A stretch of 64,000 bases of DNA from Candidatus Kinetoplastidibacterium crithidiae (GTDB lineage Bacteria > Pseudomonadota > Gammaproteobacteria > Burkholderiales > Burkholderiaceae_B). This document shows, one piece after another, positions 28,922-39,898 of the stretch (its first letter is position 1; every line of letters begins with the position of its first letter). Where the stretch lies: contig JADMLC010000001.1 in NCBI GenBank assembly GCA_019278155.1, positions 5,162-69,161 of the forward strand, written 5' to 3'. The notes beneath the pieces are model-generated. The model was not told the DNA's origin and did not search any database. It saw only the letters and a list, made by a program, of their open reading frames with translations. The position numbers were made by a program, and so were the translations under genes.

Positions 28922-31444
28922 ATGAATGTCGGTTTCATTGTTTTTGGATTAGCTGGTTTGTTAACATTAGTATGTTTTCTATCGCCTATTGCTGTTCGTA
29001 TAAAACTTCCTTATTCTGTATTGTTAGCGATAGTAGGTTTTGTTCTAGGAATAATAGTACATACCCATTCTTGGGCTCCTTTATTAGTTTCTGATTTTTT
29101 GGAATCTTTGGGATCATTAAAGATTTCCTCAGAAACATTTCTAATGGTTTTTCTTCCAGTATTGTTATTTGAGACTGCTCTATCAATGAGTGTGCGTAGG
29201 TTATTAGATGATATTGGACCTATTTTAATGATGGCAATTGTAGCTGTAGTAGTTTGTAGTATAGTTGTAGGTTTTACATTGAATCAAATTTCCTCCTATG
29301 GATTAGTTTCTTGTTTATTGTTGGGTTCTATTGTTGCAACTACTGATCCTGTCGCTGTAGTTGGTATATTTAGAGAAGTAGGTGCACCAAAACGTTTGAC
29401 CACTTTAGTTGAGGGAGAAAGTTTATTTAATGATGCTGCATCTATAGCATTATATACAGTATTACTAGTTGTATTAGTAGGAAAAGCTGAGTTGTCTGTG
29501 CAAACTGTTATGAATGATTTTATTATTTTGTTCGTAGGGGGAGGTATAGCTGGCTACATAATGGGTCGTTTTGCTTGTTTTTTATTTGCTTGGCTAAGAG
29601 ATTTTCCTGCTGCAGAAATAACTCTTACATTAACTTTGGCATACCTGTCATTTTTTATTTCTGAACACTATCTTCATGTTTCTGGTGTCGTTGCTACAGT
29701 TATAGCTGGTTTAGTTGTTGGCTCTACTGGAAGAACTAGGATGTCATCTACTACATCTAAATATTTATCAAAGTTTTGGGGGCAAATAGGTTTTTGGGCT
29801 AATTCATTGATTTTTTTATTTTCCGCAATGTTGATACCTCGTTTTATGGGTACTCTAGACTTGCAAATGTTAAAGTTGATTTTGATTGTTTTTATTGTCA
29901 CATTATTAGCTCGCGCAATAGTTATTTTTGGATTTTTGCCAGTTTTAGGTATTACTAAGTTGGGGACAACTGTTAATTTGTCTTATAAAGCTGTAATGTT
30001 ATGGGGTGGTTTAAGAGGAGCTGTTTCACTTGCTTTAGCTCTTGCTGTAACAGAGAATGTCTTGGTTCCTGAAGACATAAGACATTTTATTGCTATAGTT
30101 ACTACAGGTTTTGTTTTAATGACATTATTTGTTAATGGTATAACTCTCAGACCTTTAATTAAAGTTTTAAAATTGAATGAGTTGTCTCATATAGAAACCA
30201 CAATAAGGAACCAGGTTTTAGGAGTAACTTTAGAAGAACTCCAAGAACGTACTGAAGAAATAGCGCAAACAGAGCATATAGGCAAGGAGTCTTTGGAACG
30301 AGTTCAAGCTGTTTTTAGATCAAGTCTTTCTAGGCTGCATGATGTTCAATTGGCTCAAATGAACAGAGAAGAGAGGATATCAGCAGGTCTGGCTATTTTA
30401 TCTCAACGTGAACAAGAGATGTTTCTTGATATATTAAAAGCCAAGTTAGTTGATGAAAAAGTTGCTGATACGTTGTTGTCTAGAGCTGAGCATTTAGAAG
30501 ATGTTGTGCGCATTAAAGGATTAGATGGCTTTGAGTCTGCTATTGAGTATGATTTGCATTATTCTATTTCTTTTAGAGTCTCTTTATGGTTTCAAAGAGT
30601 TTTTGGTATTCAGTTTTGGCTTGCAAAGAACTTAGGATATAGATTTATTACTTTGATGAGTAAAAGATCAGTAGCACAGCGTTTGATTTGTTTTGCTAAA
30701 GAGCAGGTTTCTCCAATATTAGGGGAAGAAATAACTGAAATTATTATTAGTGTTCATAAGAAACGTTTGAATTATATAGAAAATGCTTTGCAGGCAATGA
30801 ATTTGCAATACCCACTTTATGCTATGTCTTTACAAGAAATTTACCTTGGTCGTGCTGCTTTTGAGTTGGAACGTGTTAGGTATCTTGATATGCTAGAAAA
30901 TTCATTAATAAGTGGAGAGGTTTATGATGACCTAATTACAAAATCTCAAAATAGATGGCGCCATATAGATAAAAATCCTAAATTAGATATAGAATTAAGT
31001 TCTTCTGAGTTAATAAAAAAAGTACCATTTTTTCATGAGTTAAGTCCAAAATCACTCAAAGCTATTAGTAGATTATTGAAGCCTATACTTGCCTTGCCTG
31101 ATCAGATAGTTACAACTAAAGAAAAACATAGTGACAAGATGTACTTTGTTGCTTCAGGAGCTGTCGCTATGCATTTGCCTGATGGTACTAAGATTGAATT
31201 AGGAAGTGGTGAGTTTTTTGGTGAGTTGAGCTTATTTGGTCAAGCACATTTAATATCTAAGGTAACTTCTTTAGGATATAGTAAATTGTTATTGTTGAGT
31301 GCGAAAGATTTAAGGGCTTTATTATCCAGAGATTTTGTTTTGCGCGAACGAATAGAAAATGTTGCTAGACAAAGAATTCTGGCCATAGATGTTTGGAGAA
31401 AACATGGATCGATCATTCCTGATGAAGACTTGGATCCATCTTAA
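28922..31444 (+). CDS. CPA1-family Na+(K+)/H+ antiporter fused to a C-terminal cyclic-nucleotide-binding-like domain
   Basis: 840 aa. About 11-12 TM helices with exchanger motifs (ATDPVAV, ESLFNDA, WGGLRGAVSLALAL), a long helical cytoplasmic linker, and a cNMP-binding fold from about aa 697 (nt 31010 onward, FFGELSLF). Confidence 0.85.
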   Translation: MNVGFIVFGLAGLLTLVCFLSPIAVRIKLPYSVLLAIVGFVLGIIVHTHSWAPLLVSDFLESLGSLKISSETFLMVFLPVLLFETALSMSVRRLLDDIGPILMMAIVAVVVCSIVVGFTLNQISSYGLVSCLLLGSIVATTDPVAVVGIFREVGAPKRLTTLVEGESLFNDAASIALYTVLLVVLVGKAELSVQTVMNDFIILFVGGGIAGYIMGRFACFLFAWLRDFPAAEITLTLTLAYLSFFISEHYLHVSGVVATVIAGLVVGSTGRTRMSSTTSKYLSKFWGQIGFWANSLIFLFSAMLIPRFMGTLDLQMLKLILIVFIVTLLARAIVIFGFLPVLGITKLGTTVNLSYKAVMLWGGLRGAVSLALALAVTENVLVPEDIRHFIAIVTTGFVLMTLFVNGITLRPLIKVLKLNELSHIETTIRNQVLGVTLEELQERTEEIAQTEHIGKESLERVQAVFRSSLSRLHDVQLAQMNREERISAGLAILSQREQEMFLDILKAKLVDEKVADTLLSRAEHLEDVVRIKGLDGFESAIEYDLHYSISFRVSLWFQRVFGIQFWLAKNLGYRFITLMSKRSVAQRLICFAKEQVSPILGEEITEIIISVHKKRLNYIENALQAMNLQYPLYAMSLQEIYLGRAAFELERVRYLDMLENSLISGEVYDDLITKSQNRWRHIDKNPKLDIELSSSELIKKVPFFHELSPKSLKAISRLLKPILALPDQIVTTKEKHSDKMYFVASGAVAMHLPDGTKIELGSGEFFGELSLFGQAHLISKVTSLGYSKLLLLSAKDLRALLSRDFVLRERIENVARQRILAIDVWRKHGSIIPDEDLDPS

Positions 31445-32270
31445 TTTTTTGTATCAAGTCTTTTATGATTACAAGTGATGATTCTTCAGTGATCTCATTT
31501 CTTTCAACTAATTTAATTATTTCTTCGATAGAATGAATTTTAATTGCATCTATTTCGCCATCTTTATTTGAAGGAGTCATATTGTTTAGCAAACAAGAGC
31601 TTGAGAAAAGCTCTTCGATTTGAAAACCATCACTTGTCAATTTATAGATATCAGTTATTTTTAGTAATTCTGATCGCTGTCTTGTCATCGATATATCTAA
31701 GTTCGCTTCTTCTAAAGACTCTCTTGTTAATGCTTGATTTATATTTTCTCTATAACTTACTAATCCTCCTACCAAGGTGCCCCATTTGCCAGGATTGATA
31801 GCTTTTTTATTAGATCTTTTAGATATCCAGATCGAATTATGGGAATTCCAAGCATTCAAATGTACAACTCTAGTTTTTAGTCCCAGAGCTCTGGCTGTAG
31901 AGCGTTCTATATATCCAATTGTTTTTTGACTGTTATCTATGATATCTAATAATTCACTATTCCATTTTTTTATTGAGCGGTTTTTTATTAGAATAGATAT
32001 TTTATCTATATAAGGATTAATGTTATTCAATGAAATATCACTAATATAAAGACAGTTTTTTATTATTTTTCCTAATTTTTGATTTTCAATTTCTTTAGCA
32101 AGTTCTATGTTTGTATAACCATTTGCTTTCATAGCAATTTTTAATGGAATATAATTGTCTGGTATTGGTTGATTCAGATGGTTTTTTATTTTGTGAAATA
32201 TATTCTCTAGTTTTCTAAGTGTTATAAAAATATTCTTATTATTCATCATATTAATAATTATGCTTCGCAT
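31413..32270 (-). CDS. NUDIX-family hydrolase with an N-terminal extension domain
   Basis: 285 aa. Nudix-box-like GGLVSYRENINQALTRESLEEANL (Gx5Ex7REx2EE with the final Gly replaced by Asn). I could not assign the N-terminal ~140 aa. Confidence 0.55.
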   Translation of the reverse strand: MRSIIINMMNNKNIFITLRKLENIFHKIKNHLNQPIPDNYIPLKIAMKANGYTNIELAKEIENQKLGKIIKNCLYISDISLNNINPYIDKISILIKNRSIKKWNSELLDIIDNSQKTIGYIERSTARALGLKTRVVHLNAWNSHNSIWISKRSNKKAINPGKWGTLVGGLVSYRENINQALTRESLEEANLDISMTRQRSELLKITDIYKLTSDGFQIEELFSSSCLLNNMTPSNKDGEIDAIKIHSIEEIIKLVERNEITEESSLVIIKDLIQKIKMDPSLHQE

Positions 32271-32376
32271 AAATTGTTTAAGTTAGATTATTTTATAACT
32301 AAAGTGCTGTTTTTAGATATTTACAGTCTTATAATATTACACTTTAATTTAAATTTATATATGGCTATATTTTATT

Positions 32377-33765
32377 ATGCTTAATGTTGTTATTCTTGCT
32401 GCTGGATTAGGCACGCGTATGCAATCTAATATTCCAAAAGTGTTACATAATTTAGCTGGTCGTCCTATGTTGGGATATGTATTAGATAGTGCTTTAGCAC
32501 TGAAGCCTACTACCATAACTATTGTAGTAGGCAGAGAATCAGGACAAATAAAATCTTTTATTAGAAACTTTTCGAAAAATATTAATGTAGTAATTCAGAG
32601 TGAACAGTTAGGTACTGGTCATGCATTTAAGCAATCTATTCCAAATTTATTGGATTGTCTTGATGACCATAGTTCCACTTTAGTGTTATATGGAGATGTT
32701 CCACTAGTAAGAACTGCAACAATGGATAGACTTCTAAAATCTTGTAAGAATGGATTAAGCATCCTTACTAGTTTTTTAGATGATCCAAATGGTTATGGTC
32801 GCATAATTAGAGATCATAATGGTTGTATTAAAAAGATTGTTGAACATAAAGACGCTAATAATGTTGAACTTAATATTAAGGAAATTAATACAGGCATAAT
32901 TGCAGCGCCAACTAGTATGTTAATAAGATGGATTAGTAAACTAACTAATAATAATATGCAAGGTGAATACTATCTGACAGATATAGTTGATATGGCTGTT
33001 TCAGAGGGTATTTTTGTTGACTCAAGATTTCCTGATGATTACTGGGAGATATTAGGTATAAATAATCATATTCAACAGGTAAAGTTGGAGCGTATTTGGC
33101 AGGAAGAGCAAGCTAGAATTATTATGGATACAGGGGTTACATTAGCAGATTACAAAAGAATAGATATTAGAGGATCTTTGAAGTGTAGCAAGGATATTTT
33201 TATAGATGTTGGTTGTATTTTTGAGGGTAACGTGCAATTAGGTAGTAATGTTAGGGTTGGTCCATATTGTGTCCTTAAAGATGTAAGTATAGCTGATAAT
33301 GTAATTATAGAAGCTTATAGTCATTTATCTAACGTTACTTTAGATAAAGGTGTTAAGGTAGGTCCTTTTTCTAGATTATGTAAGGGTGTTCATATTGGAA
33401 GTAATTCTAAAATAGGTAATTTTGTTGAAATTAAAAATAGTATTTTTGGGGAAAATAGTAAGGCAAATCATCTTACTTATATAGGTGATTCGCGTATTGG
33501 TTCAAATGTTAACATAGGTGCAGGTACTATTACTTGTAACTATGATGGATTAAATAAACATCAAACAATTATCGAAGATAATGCATTTATAGGTTCTAGT
33601 TCTCAGTTAGTAGCACCAGTGAAAGTAGGAGCAGGAGCAACATTGGGAGCTGGAACAACTTTAACTAGCGATGCCCCTGCCGATCAATTGACATTATCCA
33701 GAAAACGTCAGTGTTCTATTGCTAATTGGAAAAGGCCAGGCAGGGATGTTCTAAAAGGAAGTTAA
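32377..33765 (+). CDS. glmU: bifunctional UDP-N-acetylglucosamine pyrophosphorylase / glucosamine-1-phosphate N-acetyltransferase
   Basis: 462 aa. N-terminal LAAGLGTRM motif and C-terminal left-handed beta-helix hexapeptide repeats. Confidence 0.95.
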   Translation: MLNVVILAAGLGTRMQSNIPKVLHNLAGRPMLGYVLDSALALKPTTITIVVGRESGQIKSFIRNFSKNINVVIQSEQLGTGHAFKQSIPNLLDCLDDHSSTLVLYGDVPLVRTATMDRLLKSCKNGLSILTSFLDDPNGYGRIIRDHNGCIKKIVEHKDANNVELNIKEINTGIIAAPTSMLIRWISKLTNNNMQGEYYLTDIVDMAVSEGIFVDSRFPDDYWEILGINNHIQQVKLERIWQEEQARIIMDTGVTLADYKRIDIRGSLKCSKDIFIDVGCIFEGNVQLGSNVRVGPYCVLKDVSIADNVIIEAYSHLSNVTLDKGVKVGPFSRLCKGVHIGSNSKIGNFVEIKNSIFGENSKANHLTYIGDSRIGSNVNIGAGTITCNYDGLNKHQTIIEDNAFIGSSSQLVAPVKVGAGATLGAGTTLTSDAPADQLTLSRKRQCSIANWKRPGRDVLKGS

Positions 33766-33997
33766 TGCTTATTGATAATTAAAGATTATTATTTATGTTT
33801 GTTTGGAAGTTAATAATTTGTATTGTTCAAGATAAATTAGCATTGTTTTTTGTTATTTTTAGCCTATTAATCTTTTTATAAATATATGGTTATATAGTTT
33901 AATTATTTATGCGATTTGAACTTTATAAAAGGATGGCTACTGGTTTTATATAAAATTCTGAAGCATTACTTAACAATGTTGTTTTTGGGGAGTTTGT

Positions 33998-35830
33998 ATG
34001 TGTGGTATTGTTAGTGCTATTTCTTATCGTAATGTAGCATTCACGCTTACTGAAGGATTATTGCGCTTGGAATATCGTGGTTATGATTCTTGTGGTATTG
34101 CTTTATTTAAAGATGGGGAATTAACTAGAGTCAGAAGTATGAAAAGAGTTTCTGATTTGGAAAAACAATTAATAGATTGCCAATTTGATGGTTGTATAGG
34201 TCTGGCTCATACTCGTTGGGCTACTCATGGTATTCCTTCTCAGGATAATGCCCATCCTCATTTTTCAAGAGACAAGTTTGGTAAACCTACTATAGCATTA
34301 GTTCATAATGGCATTATAGAAAATTACGAGGAACTCCGTAATAACCTAGATAAGGGGAGTTATGATTTTGAGAGTCAAACGGATACAGAAGTATTAGCTC
34401 ATTTATTAAACGATCTTTATGATGGTGATATTTTTAGAACAGTACATAATGTTACTAAGCTTTTAAAAGGGTCATATGCAATTGCTGTTTTTTGTTCGAA
34501 TGAACCTGATAGGATTATAGGTGCTAGACAGGGTTCGCCATTAATAATAGGGGTAGGAGTTAATGAAAATTATCTTTCTTCAGATTCTTTAGCTATATCA
34601 GATAAAATAAAAGATCTAATATATTTAGAGGATGGTGATATAGTTAATTTAAAGAGCAGATCTATTAATATTATTGATTCTAATGGTAGTTATGTAGAAA
34701 GAGATAAACATTCTGTGAATAATATTATAGCAACTCCGAACCTTGGTAAGTATCGGCACTATATGCAAAAAGAAATTTTTGAGCAACCAAGAGCTGTTTC
34801 TGATACTTTGCATAACGTTGATAATCTTTCTCACGATTTCTTTGGTAAAGATTATTATGATTTGTTTAAGAAAATAGATTCTGTTTTAATAGTTGCTTGT
34901 GGAACTAGTTATTATGCAGGTATGACTGCCAAGTATTGGATAGAATCTTTAGCTAAAATAAGAGTTGATGTTGAGATAGCAAGTGAATATATATATCGTG
35001 ATAGCGTGCCAAATCCCAAGACACTTGTTCTAGCAATTTCTCAATCTGGAGAAACAGCAGATACACTATCAGCGTTAAAACATGCTAAAGGTCTTGGTTT
35101 AGAAAATACGATGGCTATTTGTAATATGAATAATAGTACAATTGTTAGAGAGTGCTCTTTTAGCTATATTACTCAGGCTGGGGTTGAAATAGGAGTTGCA
35201 TCTACAAAAGCATTTACTACACAATTAACTGCTTTGTTCTTGCTAACTATTACATTAGCAAGATCTCGTTCTATTTTAGGAAAAGAACAAGAAGTTGCTT
35301 ATTGTAGAGATTTGCTTCACTTGCCTTCTGCCATTGGCTCTGTTCTTTCTTTGGAGCCTCTTGTTATGGAGTGGGCTAAATATTTTGCTCACAAAGGTAA
35401 CTCACTTTTTTTAGGTAGAGGTCGACATTATCCTATTGCGTTAGAAGGAGCCCTGAAGATGAAAGAGATTACTTATATTCATGCAGAAGCTTATCCCGCT
35501 GGTGAATTAAAACATGGTCCATTAGCATTAGTATCTGAGCATATGCCCGTTGTGGTAGTAGCCCCTAGTGATAAGTTGCTAGAAAAGTTAAAATCCAATA
35601 TGGAGGAAGTAAGGGCTAGGGGTGGTAATTTATATGTTTTGGCTGATAAGGGAAGCGCAATTTCACATGACTCTGGTATTAAGGTTATTCATATGCCTGA
35701 ATATTATGGTGTAATATCGCCAATTTTATATACTATTCCATTGCAGCTTCTGGCTTATCATACAGCCTTAATATTAGGAACTGATATAGATAAGCCAAGA
35801 AATTTAGCAAAAAGTGTTACAGTTGAGTAG
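33998..35830 (+). CDS. glmS: glutamine--fructose-6-phosphate aminotransferase
   Basis: 610 aa. N-terminal MCGIV catalytic Cys, two SIS domains and the C-terminal KSVTVE. Confidence 0.95.
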   Translation: MCGIVSAISYRNVAFTLTEGLLRLEYRGYDSCGIALFKDGELTRVRSMKRVSDLEKQLIDCQFDGCIGLAHTRWATHGIPSQDNAHPHFSRDKFGKPTIALVHNGIIENYEELRNNLDKGSYDFESQTDTEVLAHLLNDLYDGDIFRTVHNVTKLLKGSYAIAVFCSNEPDRIIGARQGSPLIIGVGVNENYLSSDSLAISDKIKDLIYLEDGDIVNLKSRSINIIDSNGSYVERDKHSVNNIIATPNLGKYRHYMQKEIFEQPRAVSDTLHNVDNLSHDFFGKDYYDLFKKIDSVLIVACGTSYYAGMTAKYWIESLAKIRVDVEIASEYIYRDSVPNPKTLVLAISQSGETADTLSALKHAKGLGLENTMAICNMNNSTIVRECSFSYITQAGVEIGVASTKAFTTQLTALFLLTITLARSRSILGKEQEVAYCRDLLHLPSAIGSVLSLEPLVMEWAKYFAHKGNSLFLGRGRHYPIALEGALKMKEITYIHAEAYPAGELKHGPLALVSEHMPVVVVAPSDKLLEKLKSNMEEVRARGGNLYVLADKGSAISHDSGIKVIHMPEYYGVISPILYTIPLQLLAYHTALILGTDIDKPRNLAKSVTVE

Positions 35831-35855
35831 ATAATTTTCTAATAGTTGTTGAGAA

Positions 35856-36674
35856 CTAAATGTAATTTGTTTTTTCAACATTGTTTGATACTAGTATTTT
35901 TAACTGTTTTCCTGGATTATCTGATTTCATAAAATATTCTCCTATTAAGAAAGCATTAACGTTATTTTTTCTCATAAATTTCAGATCTTCTGGTGAGTTT
36001 ATGCCGCTTTCTGTTATTATAGTTTTGTCCTTCGGTATAAAATCAATAAGTTTTATAGTTGTTTTTATATCGGTTTTAAAATTTCTTAAATTTCTGTTAT
36101 TAATACCAATTAAAGGAGTTTTTAAGTTTAAGGCTATTTCAACTTCCTGTAAATTATGTGTTTCTACTAGAACATTCATTCCTAGTTCTAGTGCCGTATT
36201 TTCTAATTCACAAAGTTTGTCTTTTTCTAGTACTGCTACTATTAGCAATATGCAATCAGCTCCCATTGCTCTTGACTCTAATATTTGATAGTTATCAATT
36301 ATGAAGTCTTTTCTAAGTATTGGTAGTGAGCAAGCTGATTTAACTTGTTTTAAATATTCTGCAGAACCTTGGAAAAATTGTTGGTCAGTTAATACTGATA
36401 TACAGGCAGCACCATTTTCCTCATAACTAGTCGCAAATAATGATGGGTTAAAGTTTTTGCTTAAAATACCTTTAGAAGGAGAAGCTTTCTTTATTTCTGC
36501 TATAATAGCCGGATTTCCATTTTGGATTTTTTTATAAATAGCCTTTTCAAAAGATCGTATATCATTATTATTAATTCTTGATAATAGTTCTTGTTCATTA
36601 CATTTTTTTTTAGATGTTGATATTTCTTCTTTTTTTACATCTATTATCTTTTTAAGAAGATCACTCATTTTCAA
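35856..36674 (-). CDS. trpC: indole-3-glycerol phosphate synthase
   Basis: 272 aa. [18 protein letters not shown] and INNRNL motifs. Confidence 0.9.
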   Translation of the reverse strand: MKMSDLLKKIIDVKKEEISTSKKKCNEQELLSRINNNDIRSFEKAIYKKIQNGNPAIIAEIKKASPSKGILSKNFNPSLFATSYEENGAACISVLTDQQFFQGSAEYLKQVKSACSLPILRKDFIIDNYQILESRAMGADCILLIVAVLEKDKLCELENTALELGMNVLVETHNLQEVEIALNLKTPLIGINNRNLRNFKTDIKTTIKLIDFIPKDKTIITESGINSPEDLKFMRKNNVNAFLIGEYFMKSDNPGKQLKILVSNNVEKTNYI

Positions 36675-37707
36675 ATTTCCTTGTATAACTACAGAATTCT
36701 TCTAGTTTTTCTCTGGCTGAATTGTTTTTTATTGCTTCAAATGCCATAAGGATACCATGCTTTATGTCAGGTGATTTATTAGCAGTATATATAGCTAGAC
36801 CAGCATTTAAAGCAACTATATCACGGGCGGCACCTTCTATATTGTTTAGAGCCTCTAAAATTAATTGGCAAGATTCTATACTGTTACTTACTTTAATATT
36901 CCTATTTGAAATCATTGACATGCCAAAATCTTCTGGATGTATTTCATATTCTTTTATAGATCCATTTTTTAATTCTCCAACCATAGTCGAACTGCCAAGA
37001 CCGGCTTCATCCATGCCTTCTTTCCCATATACAATTAAAACATGTTTTGATCCTAATTTTTGTAATACCCGTACCTGTATTCCTACTAGATCTGGATGGA
37101 ATACTCCCATTAGTTGATTGTTAGCTCCACCTGGATTAGTCAGGGGACCAAGAATATTGAAAATAGTTTTAACTCCTAATTCTTTTCTTATATTAGCTAT
37201 GTTTTTCATAGCACTTTGATGTAAAGGTGCAAACATAAATCCTATGCCTGTGTTTTCTAAACATTCTATGACTTGTTGAGGTTTTAATTCTATATTGGCC
37301 CCTAATTGTTCTAGAACATCTGCGCTACCAGATGAAGAAGAGGCACTTCTATTTCCATGTTTTGCAATTTTAACTCCAGCAGCAGCAGCTACAAACATTG
37401 CAGCAGTAGATATATTAAAAGTATTGCTATTGTCTCCACCAGTGCCACACATATCTAATATGTCATCTTTATTTTCAAAAGGTACTGATAGAGAAAAACT
37501 TCTTAGAGCCTGTGCTGCAGCAGTTATTTCATCGATAGTCTCTTTTTTAACACGTAATCCTATGAGTAAAGCACTTGCAATTTGGGGAGAAATTTCTCCT
37601 TTTATCATAAGTTGCATAAGATGCAACATTTCATCATGAAAAATTTCACGATGTTCTATGCAGCGAATTAATGCTTCATTAATTGAAATAGTCACATTTA
37701 TCACCAA
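36661..37707 (-). CDS. trpD: anthranilate phosphoribosyltransferase
   Basis: 348 aa. CGTGGD, KHGNRS and GPLTNP motifs. It overlaps trpC by 14 nt. Confidence 0.95.
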   Translation of the reverse strand: MVINVTISINEALIRCIEHREIFHDEMLHLMQLMIKGEISPQIASALLIGLRVKKETIDEITAAAQALRSFSLSVPFENKDDILDMCGTGGDNSNTFNISTAAMFVAAAAGVKIAKHGNRSASSSSGSADVLEQLGANIELKPQQVIECLENTGIGFMFAPLHQSAMKNIANIRKELGVKTIFNILGPLTNPGGANNQLMGVFHPDLVGIQVRVLQKLGSKHVLIVYGKEGMDEAGLGSSTMVGELKNGSIKEYEIHPEDFGMSMISNRNIKVSNSIESCQLILEALNNIEGAARDIVALNAGLAIYTANKSPDIKHGILMAFEAIKNNSAREKLEEFCSYTRKFENE

Positions 37708-37709
37708 TA

Positions 37710-38276
37710 TTAATTAATTTTAAGAAAATTTTGTAATAGATCATATCCATATTCACTTAGAATAGATTCTGGATGATATTGAACTCCAAACACAGATAGT
37801 TCTTTGTGACATACTCCCATAATGTCTCCATCATCGCTTCTAGCTGTTATTTCTAGACAATCAGGAAAAGTATTTGGATCTATAGTTAAAGAGTTGTATC
37901 TTATAGCAGTATATGGAGAAGGAATTGTTTTAAAAATATTTTTCCCATTGTGATTAATTTGAACAGTTTTTCCATGCATTACCTTGGGAGCTCTAATAAT
38001 TGTTCCTCCGTATGCCTCTCCAATTGCTTGATGTCCTAGACATACGCCAAGTATAGGTATTTTTCCTGCAAACTCTAATATCGAAGGAATTGATATGCCT
38101 GCTTGAGAAGGAGCGCATGGACCAGGAGAAATACAAATTTTGCTAGGTTTCAAAGCATGTATTTCTTTTAAAGTAATTTGATCGTTTCTAAACACACAAA
38201 CTTCTTCACCTAATTCACCAAAATATTGAACCAGGTTATAAGTAAAAGAATCGTAATTATCAATCATTAATAACAT
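37710..38276 (-). CDS. trpG: anthranilate synthase component II (glutamine amidotransferase)
   Basis: 188 aa. [18 protein letters not shown] and QYHPES motifs. Confidence 0.9.
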   Translation of the reverse strand: MLLMIDNYDSFTYNLVQYFGELGEEVCVFRNDQITLKEIHALKPSKICISPGPCAPSQAGISIPSILEFAGKIPILGVCLGHQAIGEAYGGTIIRAPKVMHGKTVQINHNGKNIFKTIPSPYTAIRYNSLTIDPNTFPDCLEITARSDDGDIMGVCHKELSVFGVQYHPESILSEYGYDLLQNFLKIN

Positions 38277-38291
38277 ATTTTTTCCATTTAA

Positions 38292-39815
38292 TTAAAAGGG
38301 TTCATCTAATCCATTTTGAACTTGTTCAGCAGCGCGTAAAATAGCACGTGATTTTGCTTCTGTTTCTGCCAATTCAAGTTCTGGGTCAGAGTCTGCAACT
38401 ATACCTGCAGCAGATTGTACATATAAGATTCCATTTTTTATTATCCCTGTTCTTATTGCTATGGCAAGATCCATTTCACCTCCGTAGCTTAGATATCCAG
38501 CAGCTCCACCATATACTCCTCTGCGTACAGGTTCCAATTCGTCAATTATCTCCATAGCTCTTATTTTCGGAGCTCCTGTTAGTGTTCCTGCAGGGAAAGA
38601 AGCTTTTAATACATCCATACTAGTCATTCCTGGTTTTAAATATCCAGATACATTAGATACTAAATGCATAACATGAGAATATCTTTCTACTGACATTTTA
38701 TCAGTGACTTTTACGGAGCCGATTTCTGCTATCCTACCTATATCACTTCTTGCAAGATCTATTAGCATTACATGTTCTGCTATTTCTTTAGTATCTAATT
38801 TTAGATTCTTCTCTAGCTCAATATCTTGTGCTGGATTTGATCCTCGTTTCCTAGTGCCAGCTAGTGGTCTAATAGTAACTTGTGATTTATTTTTTCCATT
38901 GCTGTCTGATATATTTTCTTGTCTTACTAAGATTTCTGGTGATGAACCCACTACTTGAAAATCATCAAAATTCCAAAAATACATATACGGAGATGGATTT
39001 AAAGATCTTAAGGCCCTATATAGGGATAATGGAGCATCTCTATAAGGTTTTGCTATGACCTTCCCTAAAACTATTTGCATAATATCACCAGCTGCAATGT
39101 ATTCTTTTGCTTTCTTTACCATTTCCAAGTATTTTTCTGATCCAAAGTCTCTTTCTTCAGATGTTTGCATACTACAAAGACTGTATGGTATTTCTATATT
39201 CTTCTTAAGTTGCTGTTTTAATTCTTGTAATCTTTTTTGAGCTATAGAGTAACTTTCTGTTTTATTGGTGTCAGCATAGACTATCAGATATATGCGACCA
39301 GCAATATTGTCGACTACTGCTAATTCATCAACATGAAGCAACATGATGTCTGGTGTGCCTTCTTCCATTCCTGCTGGAAATCCTTTTTTAGGAATACCTA
39401 AACATGGTTCTATATGTCTAACTGTATCGTATCCAAAATATCCTGCTAATCCTCCACAAAAGCGTAACATATCAGTTTGTAATGCTACTTTGAATCTAGA
39501 TTGGTATTGTTCAATAAATTTGAGAGGATCTCCTTCATATTTTTCAACTACTTTGTTATTTGTCACAACCTCTGTAGTAGTTCCTCTAGATCTAATGATT
39601 GTTTCTGCAGGTAAGGCTATAAAGGAATATCTACCAAATTTTTCTCCTCCTATAACTGACTCCATTAGACAACTCATTTTCCCTGCTTTAGGTCCAGAAT
39701 GAGCTAATTTAAGATAAAGAGATAGAGGTGTATCTAAATCTGCATATATTTCTGAAATAAGGGGTATTCTATTAAAGCCTTGGGCAACTAGCGATTTAAA
39801 TTCTATTTCTGTCAT
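38292..39815 (-). CDS. trpE: anthranilate synthase component I
   Basis: 507 aa. LESV..G.....RYSF Trp-feedback region and a chorismate-binding C-terminus (GTLTGAPK, RG.Y.GA.GY). Confidence 0.95.
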   Translation of the reverse strand: MTEIEFKSLVAQGFNRIPLISEIYADLDTPLSLYLKLAHSGPKAGKMSCLMESVIGGEKFGRYSFIALPAETIIRSRGTTTEVVTNNKVVEKYEGDPLKFIEQYQSRFKVALQTDMLRFCGGLAGYFGYDTVRHIEPCLGIPKKGFPAGMEEGTPDIMLLHVDELAVVDNIAGRIYLIVYADTNKTESYSIAQKRLQELKQQLKKNIEIPYSLCSMQTSEERDFGSEKYLEMVKKAKEYIAAGDIMQIVLGKVIAKPYRDAPLSLYRALRSLNPSPYMYFWNFDDFQVVGSSPEILVRQENISDSNGKNKSQVTIRPLAGTRKRGSNPAQDIELEKNLKLDTKEIAEHVMLIDLARSDIGRIAEIGSVKVTDKMSVERYSHVMHLVSNVSGYLKPGMTSMDVLKASFPAGTLTGAPKIRAMEIIDELEPVRRGVYGGAAGYLSYGGEMDLAIAIRTGIIKNGILYVQSAAGIVADSDPELELAETEAKSRAILRAAEQVQNGLDEPF

Positions 39816-39831
39816 AATTTTCCTTAAAATG

Positions 39832-39871
39832 AATAAAAAAAAACCCGGACAATTATTTGGTTCCGGGTTTT
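39832..39871 (-). terminator. trp attenuator: intrinsic terminator hairpin plus U-run in the trpE leader
   Basis: Minus-strand transcript AAAACCCGGA-ACCAAATAATTG-TCCGGGTTTTTTTTTATTC. The 9-10 bp perfect stem has arms at 39862..39871 and 39840..39849, and a 9-T run follows. The AAGGA Shine-Dalgarno and trpE ATG 39815 come next. Confidence 0.75.
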
Positions 39872-39898
39872 ATAGATTTGATAGCGCAAAAATATAGT

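Noticed and set aside
33795-33881. 28-aa hydrophobic mini-ORF MFVWKLIICIVQDKLALFFVIFSLLIFL* in the glmU-glmS spacer.
   Set aside because: It has no Shine-Dalgarno sequence. T-rich DNA translates into hydrophobic peptides by default, and no supporting context exists.
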